Part shown: piece after piece, positions 8,394 to 17,433 of the stretch | How positions within the stretch are numbered: position 1 is the first letter of the stretch | Layout: each line of letters starts with the position of its first letter | Source: a bacterium | GTDB lineage: Bacteria; Patescibacteriota; Minisyncoccia; Phycocordibacterales; CAIZIN01 | DNA: 63,426 nucleotides | Direction of reading: 5' to 3' | Assembly: GCA_031409775.1 (NCBI GenBank) | Contig: JANNXY010000034.1 | Location: 1 to 63,426, forward strand | Notes under the pieces: model-generated | What the model was told of the DNA's origin: nothing | The model's database searches: none | What the model saw: the letters and a program-made list of their open reading frames with translations, nothing else | Program-made: the position numbers and the translations under genes

Positions 8394-9170
8394 TTAGGCG
8401 CCGACGACAAGTTCTATCGGGCAGTGATCTGATCCATAAATCTCGTGGTGGATTTTGGTGGATTCGAGTTTTTTAATTAAATCAGGAGAGACGAAGAAAT
8501 AGTCGATGCGCCAGCCGACGTTGCGCTCGCGGGCAAATGTCTTCATATCCCACCAGGTATACGCGTCCTTCTTGTCGGGATAGAAGTGCCTAAATGTATC
8601 GATGTATCCGGCCTCGGTGACTTCGTCGAGCCATGCGCGCTCGATAGGGAGGAATCCTGTATGGTTCTCGTTCTCCCGCGGCCTCGCCAGGTCGATCTCT
8701 TGATGGGCGGTGTTCACGTCGCCGCAGAATATCACCGACTTGCCACTCTTTTTAATTTTGTTTATATATTTAAGAAAGGCTTTATAAAATTCTAATTTAT
8801 ACTTGAGCCTCTCGATCCCACCTCCGCCGTTGGGGAAGTAGGATGTGATAATTACAAAAGTTTTGTAATGAAGTGCAATCAGGCGGCCTTCTTGGTCGAG
8901 CGTTTCTACACCGACTTCGTATTCTACCTTCATCGGCAGATTGTCTTTACGTACATATATGGCTGTACCACTGTAACCCTTGCGACCCTTGCTATGGTCA
9001 AAGTAGGAAGTGTAGCCAGCGGGGGAGTGAAGCGCGAGGTCGAGCTGGACTTTCTCGGCTTTGGTTTCTTGCATACAAATAAAATCAGGCTTCTCTCCTA
9101 GAAGCCATTCCATGCCACCTTTCTTATTCCACGCCCTAATCCCGTTTACATTCCAGCAGATGAGTTTCAT
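8394..9170 (-). CDS. xth: exodeoxyribonuclease III
   Basis: MKLICWNVNGIRA N-terminus and SDHCPI C-terminal motif. 258 aa. Confidence 0.9.
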   Translation of the reverse strand: MKLICWNVNGIRAWNKKGGMEWLLGEKPDFICMQETKAEKVQLDLALHSPAGYTSYFDHSKGRKGYSGTAIYVRKDNLPMKVEYEVGVETLDQEGRLIALHYKTFVIITSYFPNGGGGIERLKYKLEFYKAFLKYINKIKKSGKSVIFCGDVNTAHQEIDLARPRENENHTGFLPIERAWLDEVTEAGYIDTFRHFYPDKKDAYTWWDMKTFARERNVGWRIDYFFVSPDLIKKLESTKIHHEIYGSDHCPIELVVGA

Positions 9171-9230
9171 GAGGGTATTATACTACGTCGCCGCTTAATG
9201 GACATCTTGGCGACGTCATTCTGCTGAATG

Positions 9231-9264
9231 AAAAAGGTGCAGGAGTCCGGGGGACTCCTGCACC
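9231..9264 (-). terminator. rho-independent terminator of the 9282-9662 gene
   Basis: 13-bp stem GGTGCAGGAGTCC/GGACTCCTGCACC followed on the minus strand by T5. Confidence 0.75.
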
Positions 9265-9281
9265 TTCGATTGGTGGCTGGC

Positions 9282-9662
9282 TCAGCAGCTGAGGTAGAAA
9301 CCTTCGTCCGCCGTGGCTTTGAATTTGCCTTTTAGGGCAGATTTGACTTGACCGACCATGCCTTCATCGAGTTTCACGAACACGATCGTGTTGTACCCCC
9401 CGGAACTGGTTTCCGGATCATACCTCTGACTGGTCACGAGGATACGATCGTTTTTGAAGACAATTCCTTGAGCGTCGATTTTACCCAAAGCTTCAAGGAA
9501 CTCACTGAGGTTACACTGTCGATTCCGCATCTCGGTAACATGCATCACATGACCATCTCTGACATGATCTTGGCCTGGGTAGACCTTGAGATCACCTTCG
9601 AGGATTATGATGGTTGCAAGCGCTGCGATTGAAGCGGACTTGGTACGACGTGATATTTTCAT
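9282..9662 (-). CDS. hypothetical secreted or membrane-anchored protein
   Basis: Start taken at MKISRRTKSASIAALATIIIL (signal/anchor-like). Upstream part of the track ORF ignored. Confidence 0.5.
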   Translation of the reverse strand: MKISRRTKSASIAALATIIILEGDLKVYPGQDHVRDGHVMHVTEMRNRQCNLSEFLEALGKIDAQGIVFKNDRILVTSQRYDPETSSGGYNTIVFVKLDEGMVGQVKSALKGKFKATADEGFYLSC

Positions 9663-9787
9663 AACTAACTCTGTCTTTCTTTGGTTTCTGACACGGAACA
9701 AGTTATAGTACGAGACACACTCCCGCACTAGTTCCGTTCCAAAGCTTACTCCTTTAAAATAATTTGTAAAGGGACTTCACGCACTTT

Positions 9788-10717
9788 TCATCTACCTTTG
9801 TTATGAAACCTCTTGTGGATATCTCGGAGATGCGAGTCGGTGATATGGGTATAGATCTGCGTTGTGCCGATGTTGGCATGGCCTAGCAGCGCCTGCACAC
9901 TACGGAGATCCGCACCGTTGCGCAGTAGGTCTGTGGCGAAGCAATGACGGATCACGTGGGGAGTAACCTTCTTGCTTATACCTGCCTGGGTAGCATAACC
10001 TTTGACAATTCTCTCTATCGAGCGACGGGTGAGACCTTCGCCTTCTTTCATCGCTTTGCGCTCGCTGCCGAGCTTTACAAACAAGGCTTCGTCGAGATCC
10101 TTCCTAATATTTAAATATTCTTTGATCCGAGCTTTGCATTCATCGGAGAGGAACACCACTCGGACTTTGCTACCTTTACCCAAGACTGACATCTCGTCGC
10201 TATGTAGGTCGATCTCGCGAGTGAGAGCACAGAGCTCGGATACGCGGAGCCCGGTAGAGAAAAGTAATTCAAATATTGCTTTGCCTCGGGCTTTTTTCTC
10301 GGGATCTTTCTCTTTATCCGGTGCTTCCATAAGCCTTTTTAATTCATGTTCTGATATTAGATCGAGTGACCTCTCGGGGACCTTGGCGAGCTCGATGGTC
10401 TCGGGGGAAAGGGTCTTGATATTTCTCTTGGCCATAAACTTGAGAAAAGATCGTAGTGCGATAAGGTAGTAGTTCTGTGTGCGTTTCTTCATCGTTGCAC
10501 CGGTCTTTTTATTATTCCCAGCACTCTGCCTGTTGAGCCATAGCCTGAATTCGCGGACTTTCTCGTGGGTAATTGCATCAGGAGTAGTCACTTTGGCAAA
10601 GTCCATAAATACTGTTAGGTAATGATCATAGTTCCTGGCGGTGCTTATGGCTCGACCCTTCTCGATCTCTATGTATTCGAGGAATTGCTGCTTTAGTTCA
10701 CGGAGATTGTGCGACAT
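9788..10717 (-). CDS. tyrosine site-specific recombinase, XerC/XerD-like
   Basis: C-terminal catalytic region HVIRHCFATDLL...LLGHANIGTTQIYTH. TACAAT ends 6 nt before the ATG. Confidence 0.9.
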   Translation of the reverse strand: MSHNLRELKQQFLEYIEIEKGRAISTARNYDHYLTVFMDFAKVTTPDAITHEKVREFRLWLNRQSAGNNKKTGATMKKRTQNYYLIALRSFLKFMAKRNIKTLSPETIELAKVPERSLDLISEHELKRLMEAPDKEKDPEKKARGKAIFELLFSTGLRVSELCALTREIDLHSDEMSVLGKGSKVRVVFLSDECKARIKEYLNIRKDLDEALFVKLGSERKAMKEGEGLTRRSIERIVKGYATQAGISKKVTPHVIRHCFATDLLRNGADLRSVQALLGHANIGTTQIYTHITDSHLRDIHKRFHNKGR

Positions 10718-10795
10718 GAGTCTATTGTAGCAAATTTGACATATTAGGCCTATTTAATATATGATATTATAATATTAACTTATAATACATTTATT

Positions 10796-11017
10796 ATGTC
10801 TACACTATCTGTTCCCATAACAGCCAAAATAGAGGAAGTGCTCGAGGATATGATAAGCAACGGAGTGGCCGACAATAAAGCCTCGCTTGTTCGCCGAGCA
10901 ATTGAAAAATTTGCCGAAGACACTGTAGTTGAAAGAATTCTCCGTGCCGAGAGAGATATAAACGAAGGTAAATTTCTGCAAGGAGATCTAGACAAGCTTT
11001 CTGCCAAACTAGACTAA
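10796..11017 (+). CDS. ribbon-helix-helix (CopG-like) antitoxin
   Basis: 73 aa. SVPITAKIEEVLEDMI...SLVRRAIEKF has an RHH pattern. Lies 4 nt upstream of a RelE-like ORF. Confidence 0.55.
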   Translation: MSTLSVPITAKIEEVLEDMISNGVADNKASLVRRAIEKFAEDTVVERILRAERDINEGKFLQGDLDKLSAKLD

Positions 11018-11021
11018 TCTC

Positions 11022-11282
11022 ATGATCGAATTATACTATGCCGTTTCGTTTATTAGGCAATATAAAAAGCTCAATCCAAGCCTCAAATCAGAAATAAAGG
11101 AAAAAATCCAGCAATTCAAAAATAAAAAGAATCATACGGCTCTGAAGGTCCATAAGCTTTCGGGCAGATTAGATGGAAAATACTCTTTTTCTGTGAATTA
11201 TAAAATCAGAATTATCTATAAGTATGGGGAGGACCAAAATGAAGCCTTCTTCCTCGATGTAGGAGACCATTCTATCTACTAA
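11022..11282 (+). CDS. type II toxin, RelE/ParE (YafQ-like) family
   Basis: 86 aa. KVHKLSGRLDGKYSFSVNYKIRIIY pattern. Confidence 0.7.
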   Translation: MIELYYAVSFIRQYKKLNPSLKSEIKEKIQQFKNKKNHTALKVHKLSGRLDGKYSFSVNYKIRIIYKYGEDQNEAFFLDVGDHSIY

Positions 11283-11328
11283 TTTCCTAACGCGCGAGAA
11301 ATTAGACAAAATCCATATATATGCTAGT

Positions 11329-11607
11329 ATGGCCAATATGTTAACCAAGACCAAAAAGACCAAGGTAATAAAGGAAGCCCAGATCCACGATGTGGACACT
11401 GGTTCTCCTGAAGTGCAGGTAAGCGTAATCTCCAAGCAGATCGACGAGCTAGCTAAACACCTCAAGAAACACCCCAAGGACAAGCATTCCCGCCGTGGCC
11501 TACTAGGCATGGTTGCTGCCCGCCAGAAGCATATGAAATACCTCCTCAAGAAAGACCCAAAGCGCCACGCAATCCTCGCCAAGAAAATCGATAACAAGAA
11601 GAAGTAA
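11329..11607 (+). CDS. rpsO: 30S ribosomal protein S15
   Basis: TGSPEVQVSVISKQIDELAKHLKKHPKDKHSRRGLLGMV is a clear S15 signature. Confidence 0.95.
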   Translation: MANMLTKTKKTKVIKEAQIHDVDTGSPEVQVSVISKQIDELAKHLKKHPKDKHSRRGLLGMVAARQKHMKYLLKKDPKRHAILAKKIDNKKK

Positions 11608-11610
11608 TCC

Positions 11611-11637
11611 AAACCGCCGCAAGGCGGTTTTTGTTTT
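11611..11637 (+). terminator. rho-independent terminator of rpsO
   Basis: AAACCGCC-GCAA-GGCGGTTT followed by TTGTTTT. Confidence 0.8.
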
Positions 11638-11710
11638 GAGAACAAAATGTCATACAATCATACATTAATTTGTTGTATTATTAGACAATTTGGTGTATAG
11701 TTATTTGTAT

Positions 11711-12508
11711 ATGGCAAACATACGAAGTATATTTATAAGAAATATGAGAGTGCAAAAGGGTTACTCCCAAGAAATGGTCGCCAAAGACCTCGGTATTTCT
11801 CGTGCGTCTTATATCAATATTGAAAGTGGGAAGAGGCAACTAGAACTCGAGGAAGCTGGCAACTTGGCTCGCATGTTTGAAATCTCAATTGAAGAATTAC
11901 TGCGGGGTAAAGTCGACGCAAAGGAAAAAATTTCATTGAGAAATGAAAGTTCAGAAAAAACCCCTAAGCAAAGCCGGGACGAAGAGAGAATTTCTGTACC
12001 CCAAGAAAAAGTAGACAAATTCAAGCAAGTTTTATTGTATATTTTGTCCAAAGTCGGAGGCAAGCCAAATATTGGCCAAACAGTATTGTATAAACTCCTG
12101 TATTTTATCGATTTTGATTATTATGAAAAATACGAGGAGCAGCTAATAGGGGCAAGATACATCAAGAATACGCACGGACCAACCCCTGTTATATTTTCAA
12201 AAATCACTGAAAACCTAGAATCACACGGTAAGATTGAGGCAATAAAAAGCAAATTCTACAAATATGACCAGACCAAATATCTCATAAATCCAGAATTAAA
12301 ACTTGATCTTTCTTCTCTATCTGCCCAAGAGCTGGCCCACATTGACTGGGAATTAGAAAGACTTTCTGATATGACAGCAAAAAAGATCTCTGATTTATCT
12401 CACAAAGACACCCCTTGGCGTATAGCAAATGATAAGGAGGTACTTAATTATAATTATGTTTTTTATCGCCCAGAAGAAACTTCTGTAAGAGAGTATGAGC
12501 CACTTTAA
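11711..12508 (+). CDS. XRE-HTH plus Panacea (DUF4065/SocA-like) domain antitoxin
   Basis: N-terminal XRE HTH (RVQKGYSQEMVAKDLGISRASYINIESGKR). C-terminal VLYKLLYFIDFDYY...THGPTP is typical of DUF4065/Panacea. 14-nt overlap with the next small ORF. Confidence 0.7.
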   Translation: MANIRSIFIRNMRVQKGYSQEMVAKDLGISRASYINIESGKRQLELEEAGNLARMFEISIEELLRGKVDAKEKISLRNESSEKTPKQSRDEERISVPQEKVDKFKQVLLYILSKVGGKPNIGQTVLYKLLYFIDFDYYEKYEEQLIGARYIKNTHGPTPVIFSKITENLESHGKIEAIKSKFYKYDQTKYLINPELKLDLSSLSAQELAHIDWELERLSDMTAKKISDLSHKDTPWRIANDKEVLNYNYVFYRPEETSVREYEPL

Positions 12509-12830
12509 TCATCTACCAGAATTCGACAGGGAATTCAAAAGGTTAGCAAAGAAGTATCGCACCCTAACCAATGACTATGCTGATTTCGAGAGAATGATCG
12601 CTCAAAATCCAACAGGTCTAGGAAAAAACTTTAGAATACTTCACGATTCATTGAGTGTAAAAATTATTAAAACTTATCTGTTTTGCGATTCTCTCAAAGG
12701 AAGGTCCCTCCGACTAATTTATGCTTTTCATAATGACAGACTTGATTTCATGTATATTGAAATATACTTCAAGGGAGACAAAGAAAACGAAGACAGGGAA
12801 AGGATCAAAAGCTACCTAAAATCAATATAG
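12495..12830 (+). CDS. putative toxin partner of the Panacea antitoxin (RelE/HigB-like pattern)
   Basis: 111 aa. FDREFKRLAKKY...KGRSLRLIYAFHNDRLDFMYIEIYFKGDKEN resembles the RelE/ParE-superfamily C-terminal pattern. Confidence 0.55.
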   Translation: MSHFNHLPEFDREFKRLAKKYRTLTNDYADFERMIAQNPTGLGKNFRILHDSLSVKIIKTYLFCDSLKGRSLRLIYAFHNDRLDFMYIEIYFKGDKENEDRERIKSYLKSI

Positions 12831-12877
12831 TTGTATTTATCCAAATATCAGGTATCCTTAACCTATAAACCAATCAA

Positions 12878-13471
12878 ATGACCGTAATCAAACACAAAGA
12901 ACAGCGCGTCGGTATATTTATAGATGCGCAGAACCTCTACCATAGTGCACGTAACCTATACAGTGCCCGCGTCAACTTCGCTGCGGTTGTAAAGGAAGCC
13001 CTCGAGGGTAGGGCTCTCATCCGTGCACGAGCATACGTCGTGTCTACCGAAGGTGGGGAAGAGAATAATTTCTTTGAAGCACTGGGCAAGAGCGGTATCG
13101 AGGTCAAGACCAAGCCTCTGCAGATATTTGCAGGGGGTCAGAAGAAAGCTGACTGGGACGTAGGGCTCGCGGTAGATGCGATAGCGCTCGCACCCAAGCT
13201 CGACACCGTGATCCTCGCCACAGGTGACGGGGACTTCTGTCCGCTCGTGGAGTACCTACAGATGCACGAGGGTTGTCAGGTAGAAGTAATATCATTCGGC
13301 AAGTCTAGCTCTGGCAAACTCCGCGAGATCGCAGACGACTTCATCGATATGTCCGAGGATCCCCGCAAATTTTTAATTAACTTCCGCCGCGGTCCTACTC
13401 GTAACCCACGAGGCAACAGAAACAATACCCCCGCACCAGCTCAAGAAGACTCTAGAAGGATTCATCCGTAG
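12878..13471 (+). CDS. NYN/LabA-like (DUF88) RNase-fold protein
   Basis: VGIFIDAQNLYHS ... ILATGDGDFCPLVEYL motifs of NYN/LabA. Confidence 0.85.
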   Translation: MTVIKHKEQRVGIFIDAQNLYHSARNLYSARVNFAAVVKEALEGRALIRARAYVVSTEGGEENNFFEALGKSGIEVKTKPLQIFAGGQKKADWDVGLAVDAIALAPKLDTVILATGDGDFCPLVEYLQMHEGCQVEVISFGKSSSGKLREIADDFIDMSEDPRKFLINFRRGPTRNPRGNRNNTPAPAQEDSRRIHP

Positions 13472-13980
13472 ACCAGCTCCATCTCGGGCATCGTAGTGCC
13501 ATTTCTCATAACTTCGCCATCGTATCTGTTGCCAGTATCTATAAATCCTAGTTTCTTGTAGAAATCCACCGCACTGGTATATGTAGCCACCCGAACGATG
13601 ATCCCGAGATGTGGATCTGCGAAATCCTTCGCAATCTGCCACAGGCTGTGCCCGACGCCTTGGCCTTGGTAACCCTCCAGTACATACATCGCTCTCAATT
13701 CATTGTGATCATGATGCCTCACCATGGTTGCTATACCTACGATATCTCCACCACACTCTGCGACCAGACGGCATTCGGTAGGCAGAGTGCTCGCAATCCT
13801 CGCTGACATTTTATCTATTTCACTAGGCTCCAATGAGTCCTTGAAGCTATATTTTATGTCTCCTCTCGTGATACCTAGGTCGGGGTTGGGATAAGTTGTA
13901 AGCCAAGTCTCACGTATTACCTCGAGTACACCGCGTGCATCATCCGGCACCGCCTTTCTGATAGTTATTTTTGGGTTCAT
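13462..13980 (-). CDS. GNAT family N-acetyltransferase
   Basis: VLEGYQGQGVGHSLW acetyl-CoA loop. TGCTAAAAT ends 7 nt before the ATG at 13980. Confidence 0.8.
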   Translation of the reverse strand: MNPKITIRKAVPDDARGVLEVIRETWLTTYPNPDLGITRGDIKYSFKDSLEPSEIDKMSARIASTLPTECRLVAECGGDIVGIATMVRHHDHNELRAMYVLEGYQGQGVGHSLWQIAKDFADPHLGIIVRVATYTSAVDFYKKLGFIDTGNRYDGEVMRNGTTMPEMELVYG

Positions 13981-14201
13981 GTGAACTATTTTAGCACTAA
14001 ATATAAAAAAGGAAGTTTTACGGTTAACTTCCAATCGATACGCCCGGAACGAATCCTGTCGATGTACTTATCTGACAACAGTATAACCTATTCGTCAATT
14101 ATTGTGCGGAATGATTACTGATTAATACATAGAATAACCTTTATTTGCAACATATTTGTATATATGCTATAATTTTGTTCGTAATAAGTAACAAAATACA
14201 T

Positions 14202-14426
14202 ATGGAAAAATTGTTTAATCCCTGGAATGAAAACAAGAAATCCCTTCACGAAAATGAAGAGAATAAGTTCTATCTGGGTCAGGTTGATGGTAGGGATGCA
14301 ACTGCGATCCTGTCGCAGGCAAAAGTATTTGATACAAAAAGATTGATTAGAAAGGTAAGTAGGATTGATGAAGAGAAATTTAACTTATTGGTGGTCAAGC
14401 TAAAAGAAGTGTTGTTTGGGAAATAA
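14202..14426 (+). pseudogene. PemK/MazF-like gene with in-frame internal deletion
   Basis: Retains N-terminal (WNENKKSLHENEENKFY) and C-terminal (VDGRDATAILSQAKVFDTKRLIRKV...) blocks collinear with the intact paralog 37975-38355. The central roughly 50 aa core is missing. Confidence 0.6.
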
Positions 14427-14503
14427 TTTTGCCCCCACTTGTGGTGGAGGCGAGCCCGAAGGCATTTATACATACATATTACACCAAGCATTATAATTGT
14501 CAA
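14427..14503 (-). ncRNA. candidate minimal promoter-hairpin unit, convergent with the PemK-like remnant
   Basis: Minus strand: TTGACA (14498-14503)-N16-TAATAT (14476-14481), then GCC-UUCG-GGC and an 8-bp hairpin (14431-14451) abutting the stop codon. Confidence 0.35.
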
Positions 14504-14511
14504 CCGAATTT

Positions 14512-15306
14512 ATGAACATCAAAAACCCTAATTTAATAATTAAAATTGAGAAAACTGGCCTCACAGACAAAGAAGCTTTAGTTTATTTATCATTACTCGA
14601 GCTAGGTGGAGCATATCCATCCAAGATTGCAGAGTACTCGGGACTAAATAGATCAACTGTCTACAAAATCCTCCTTAATCTAAATATCAGAGGAATGGTA
14701 AGCGAGATAGAGAAAAGTAATAAGCTATTCTACCAAATAGAAAATCCAAACAAACTTATCAAATATGCAAAAGGTAGGCTAAATATATTGGAAGATGAAA
14801 TAATTCATACGGAAAAACTTGTTCCGGAACTCGAGGGAATTTACAAAGGCTATGGAAATAGGCCAAAGATCAAATACTTCGAGAACACAGATGGATTGGT
14901 GGCTATTTACGATGACATGATTACAAATACAAAGAAATACGAAATGCTAGCGTTCTCTAACGTTGCAGAGTTGGAGAATGTCATACCCGCGAAGTTTTTC
15001 GCAAATTTCAGGAGAGAAAAGGAAAAGTTGGGGATTACTACTAGGGGAATTGTGCCAGATACAGCTGGGGATAGGGGATACAATGCCAAAATGTTTGTGG
15101 GATTTAAGCCAGAGATCGTACCGGTAATGCGATTTATAGATAAAGACAAATTCCCGTTCAAGGGAGAGATAACTATCTATGGTACGAACAAAGTAGCAAT
15201 AGTTAACCTGAACCAGGAATACCTCACTGGGCTAATCATCGAAGACGAAACCATTCATCAAATGATGAAGATGATATTTGAATTATCATGGGATCAAGTG
15301 CTATAA
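14512..15306 (+). CDS. TrmB family transcriptional regulator
   Basis: N-terminal wHTH LTDKEALVYLSLLELGGAYPSKIAEYSGLNRSTVYKILLNL plus a TrmB-like C-terminal domain. Start taken at the ATG at 14512. Confidence 0.75.
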   Translation: MNIKNPNLIIKIEKTGLTDKEALVYLSLLELGGAYPSKIAEYSGLNRSTVYKILLNLNIRGMVSEIEKSNKLFYQIENPNKLIKYAKGRLNILEDEIIHTEKLVPELEGIYKGYGNRPKIKYFENTDGLVAIYDDMITNTKKYEMLAFSNVAELENVIPAKFFANFRREKEKLGITTRGIVPDTAGDRGYNAKMFVGFKPEIVPVMRFIDKDKFPFKGEITIYGTNKVAIVNLNQEYLTGLIIEDETIHQMMKMIFELSWDQVL

Positions 15307-15416
15307 GTAACTAAGAATTCTCTGCCTCACCTACCTCTTCATCTTCTGAATCATTGGGGAGCACATCCCGATTACCGTCAAAATTATTATAGCCAGAGAC
15401 TTGTGTTGTGTCTTAA

Positions 15417-15644
15417 AAGGCAAAGTATAACGAAGAACCTGGATTCATCGCTGATTTTGGTTACGATATATTCAACACACTCATAGACGCATACGCTGAT
15501 ACAGATGAGAAGTGGGTAAGCAATATTCAGAAAGCCAATACTTCGGGAGTTTCTGGCCCGATATCATTCGATGGGAATGGAGTCCGCATCCAGTCGATTG
15601 TGATAAACAAGATAGAGGGAGGAAAGATTGTTCCGGTTGAGTAA
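15417..15644 (+). pseudogene. 3' remnant of a Liv-type substrate-binding protein gene
   Basis: Open frame translates to ...GFIADFGYDIFNTLIDAYADTDEKWVSNIQKANTSGVSGPISFDGNGVRIQSIVINKIEGGKIVPVE*. This is the typical C-terminus of a type-1 periplasmic binding protein. No N-terminal part or start codon. Confidence 0.6.
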
Positions 15645-15682
15645 GTAATGCCCCTTTGAGACAAAGGTGCTAAAATACCCTC

Positions 15683-16543
15683 GTGTCCATCCTCCCCCAA
15701 CTCATCATCAACTCTGTGATCGCGGGATCGATCTATTCATTGGTCGCGCTCGGATTCAACCTGATCTATGGCACCACCAAGTTCTTCAACCTCGCACATG
15801 GAGTGCTCGCGGCAGTTGGCGGTTATGCTGTCTTCTACTTTACTAAAGAACTCGGTCTACCTCTTATCCTGTCCGCAACTGTCGGAATCCTGATTGCAGG
15901 TCTCGTGGGGTATCTCATCGACAAATCAGTCTTTCGTGCTCTACGTGCGCGCAAGGCATCTGGCATGGTCTTTCTCGTAGCATCACTCGGTATCATGACC
16001 GCGCTCCAAGCAGTCATCGCTATTATTTTCAGTAGCCAGTTCCAGACGCTTTCGACTGGATCATTCGAGGTCTATGAAGTCGGAGGTGGGGTCATCACGC
16101 AAGTCCAAGTCATTATTCTAGCTCTTGTGATCGCGATCATGCTGGGACTGGCTGTGCTCCTCAAGTATTCACGATTCGGCAAAGCGGTGCGCGCCATCTC
16201 TGACGACGAAGAAGTTTCGAAAATTGTGGGAATTGATACCGAAAAGATTATTGGCCGCGTCTTCTTCATCGGTTCTGCGATCGCGGGGCTTTCGGGAATA
16301 CTTGTCGGATTCGACACCGGTATCGAGCCTGGTATGGGATTGTCACTACTACTCAAGGGTGTGATCGCGTCGATCATCGGAGGGATTGGCAATGTATACG
16401 GTGGAGTGCTCGGAGCATTCTTCCTCGGCTTTATCGAGAACTTCGGGATCTGGAAGATCTCTGGGGAGTGGAAGGATGCGATCGCCTTTGGAGTGCTTTT
16501 ATTATTCCTTCTTTTCCGCCCGCAGGGTATTATTAGAAAATAA
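15683..16543 (+). CDS. livH: branched-chain amino-acid ABC transporter permease
   Basis: LivH-like polytopic protein (LIYGTTKFFNLAHG). GTG start 6 nt after TGCTAAAAT. Confidence 0.85.
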   Translation: MSILPQLIINSVIAGSIYSLVALGFNLIYGTTKFFNLAHGVLAAVGGYAVFYFTKELGLPLILSATVGILIAGLVGYLIDKSVFRALRARKASGMVFLVASLGIMTALQAVIAIIFSSQFQTLSTGSFEVYEVGGGVITQVQVIILALVIAIMLGLAVLLKYSRFGKAVRAISDDEEVSKIVGIDTEKIIGRVFFIGSAIAGLSGILVGFDTGIEPGMGLSLLLKGVIASIIGGIGNVYGGVLGAFFLGFIENFGIWKISGEWKDAIAFGVLLLFLLFRPQGIIRK

Positions 16544-17409
16544 TGGAATACTTCATCCACCTCGGCATCCTCGTCTCTATCTACGCCATCCTAGCGATGT
16601 CACTTAATCTGGTGGTTGGTTACACAGGACTGCTCTCGGTCACCCAGGCAGCATTTTATGGAATCGGTGCCTATGCTACAGCCATCCTCATCACTTCATA
16701 TGATGTAAACTTCTTCCTCTCGATCCCGATCGGTATGGGAATCGCCGCGATAGTAGCATTCATTATTGGCTATGTGCTGTCGAAATTCGATGGAGATTAT
16801 TTCGCCCTCGGATCATTTGGCTTCAATATTATTATCTACAGCATCTTCCTAAACTGGCAAGGACTCACTCGCGGACCTCTCGGTATCCCTGGCATCGACC
16901 GGCCGGAGATATTTGGCTATGAATTCTCCGAGAACATTCCTTTCCTCATCCTCGCGGGACTCTTCGCAGTTGCTACTTATTTCTTCTCTCAGTTCATCGT
17001 GAACTCTTCATTCGGTCGCGTGCTCAAGGCTATCCGCGAGGACGAGGGAGCGATACAGATCTTCGGCTACAAGACACATTATTACAAACTCATCATCTTC
17101 ATGATCAGCGCTATGATCGCTGCAGTTGCTGGGTCACTCTTCGCTTCCTACATCACTTTCATAGATCCTTCGACCTTCAATCTCAATGAATCCATCTTCG
17201 TACTCTCAATTATTATCTTGGGAGGGTTGGCAAATAACAAAGGTGCTGTATGGGGCGCAGTATTCCTAATCTTGCTACCCGAGGCCCTGCGCTTCGTCGG
17301 CTTCCCGACCGATGTTGCTGCCCAGATGCGACAGGTGGTGTATGGGCTCATCCTCGTCTTCCTGATGCTCTATCGGCCGCAGGGACTCATGGGGGAGTAT
17401 AGGTTATAA
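16543..17409 (+). CDS. livM: branched-chain amino-acid ABC transporter permease
   Basis: LivM-like (NLVVGYTGLLSVTQAAFYGIGAY). Start overlaps the livH stop. Confidence 0.85.
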   Translation: MEYFIHLGILVSIYAILAMSLNLVVGYTGLLSVTQAAFYGIGAYATAILITSYDVNFFLSIPIGMGIAAIVAFIIGYVLSKFDGDYFALGSFGFNIIIYSIFLNWQGLTRGPLGIPGIDRPEIFGYEFSENIPFLILAGLFAVATYFFSQFIVNSSFGRVLKAIREDEGAIQIFGYKTHYYKLIIFMISAMIAAVAGSLFASYITFIDPSTFNLNESIFVLSIIILGGLANNKGAVWGAVFLILLPEALRFVGFPTDVAAQMRQVVYGLILVFLMLYRPQGLMGEYRL

Positions 17410-17433
17410 TTACGGGTATTAATTTATACAAAT

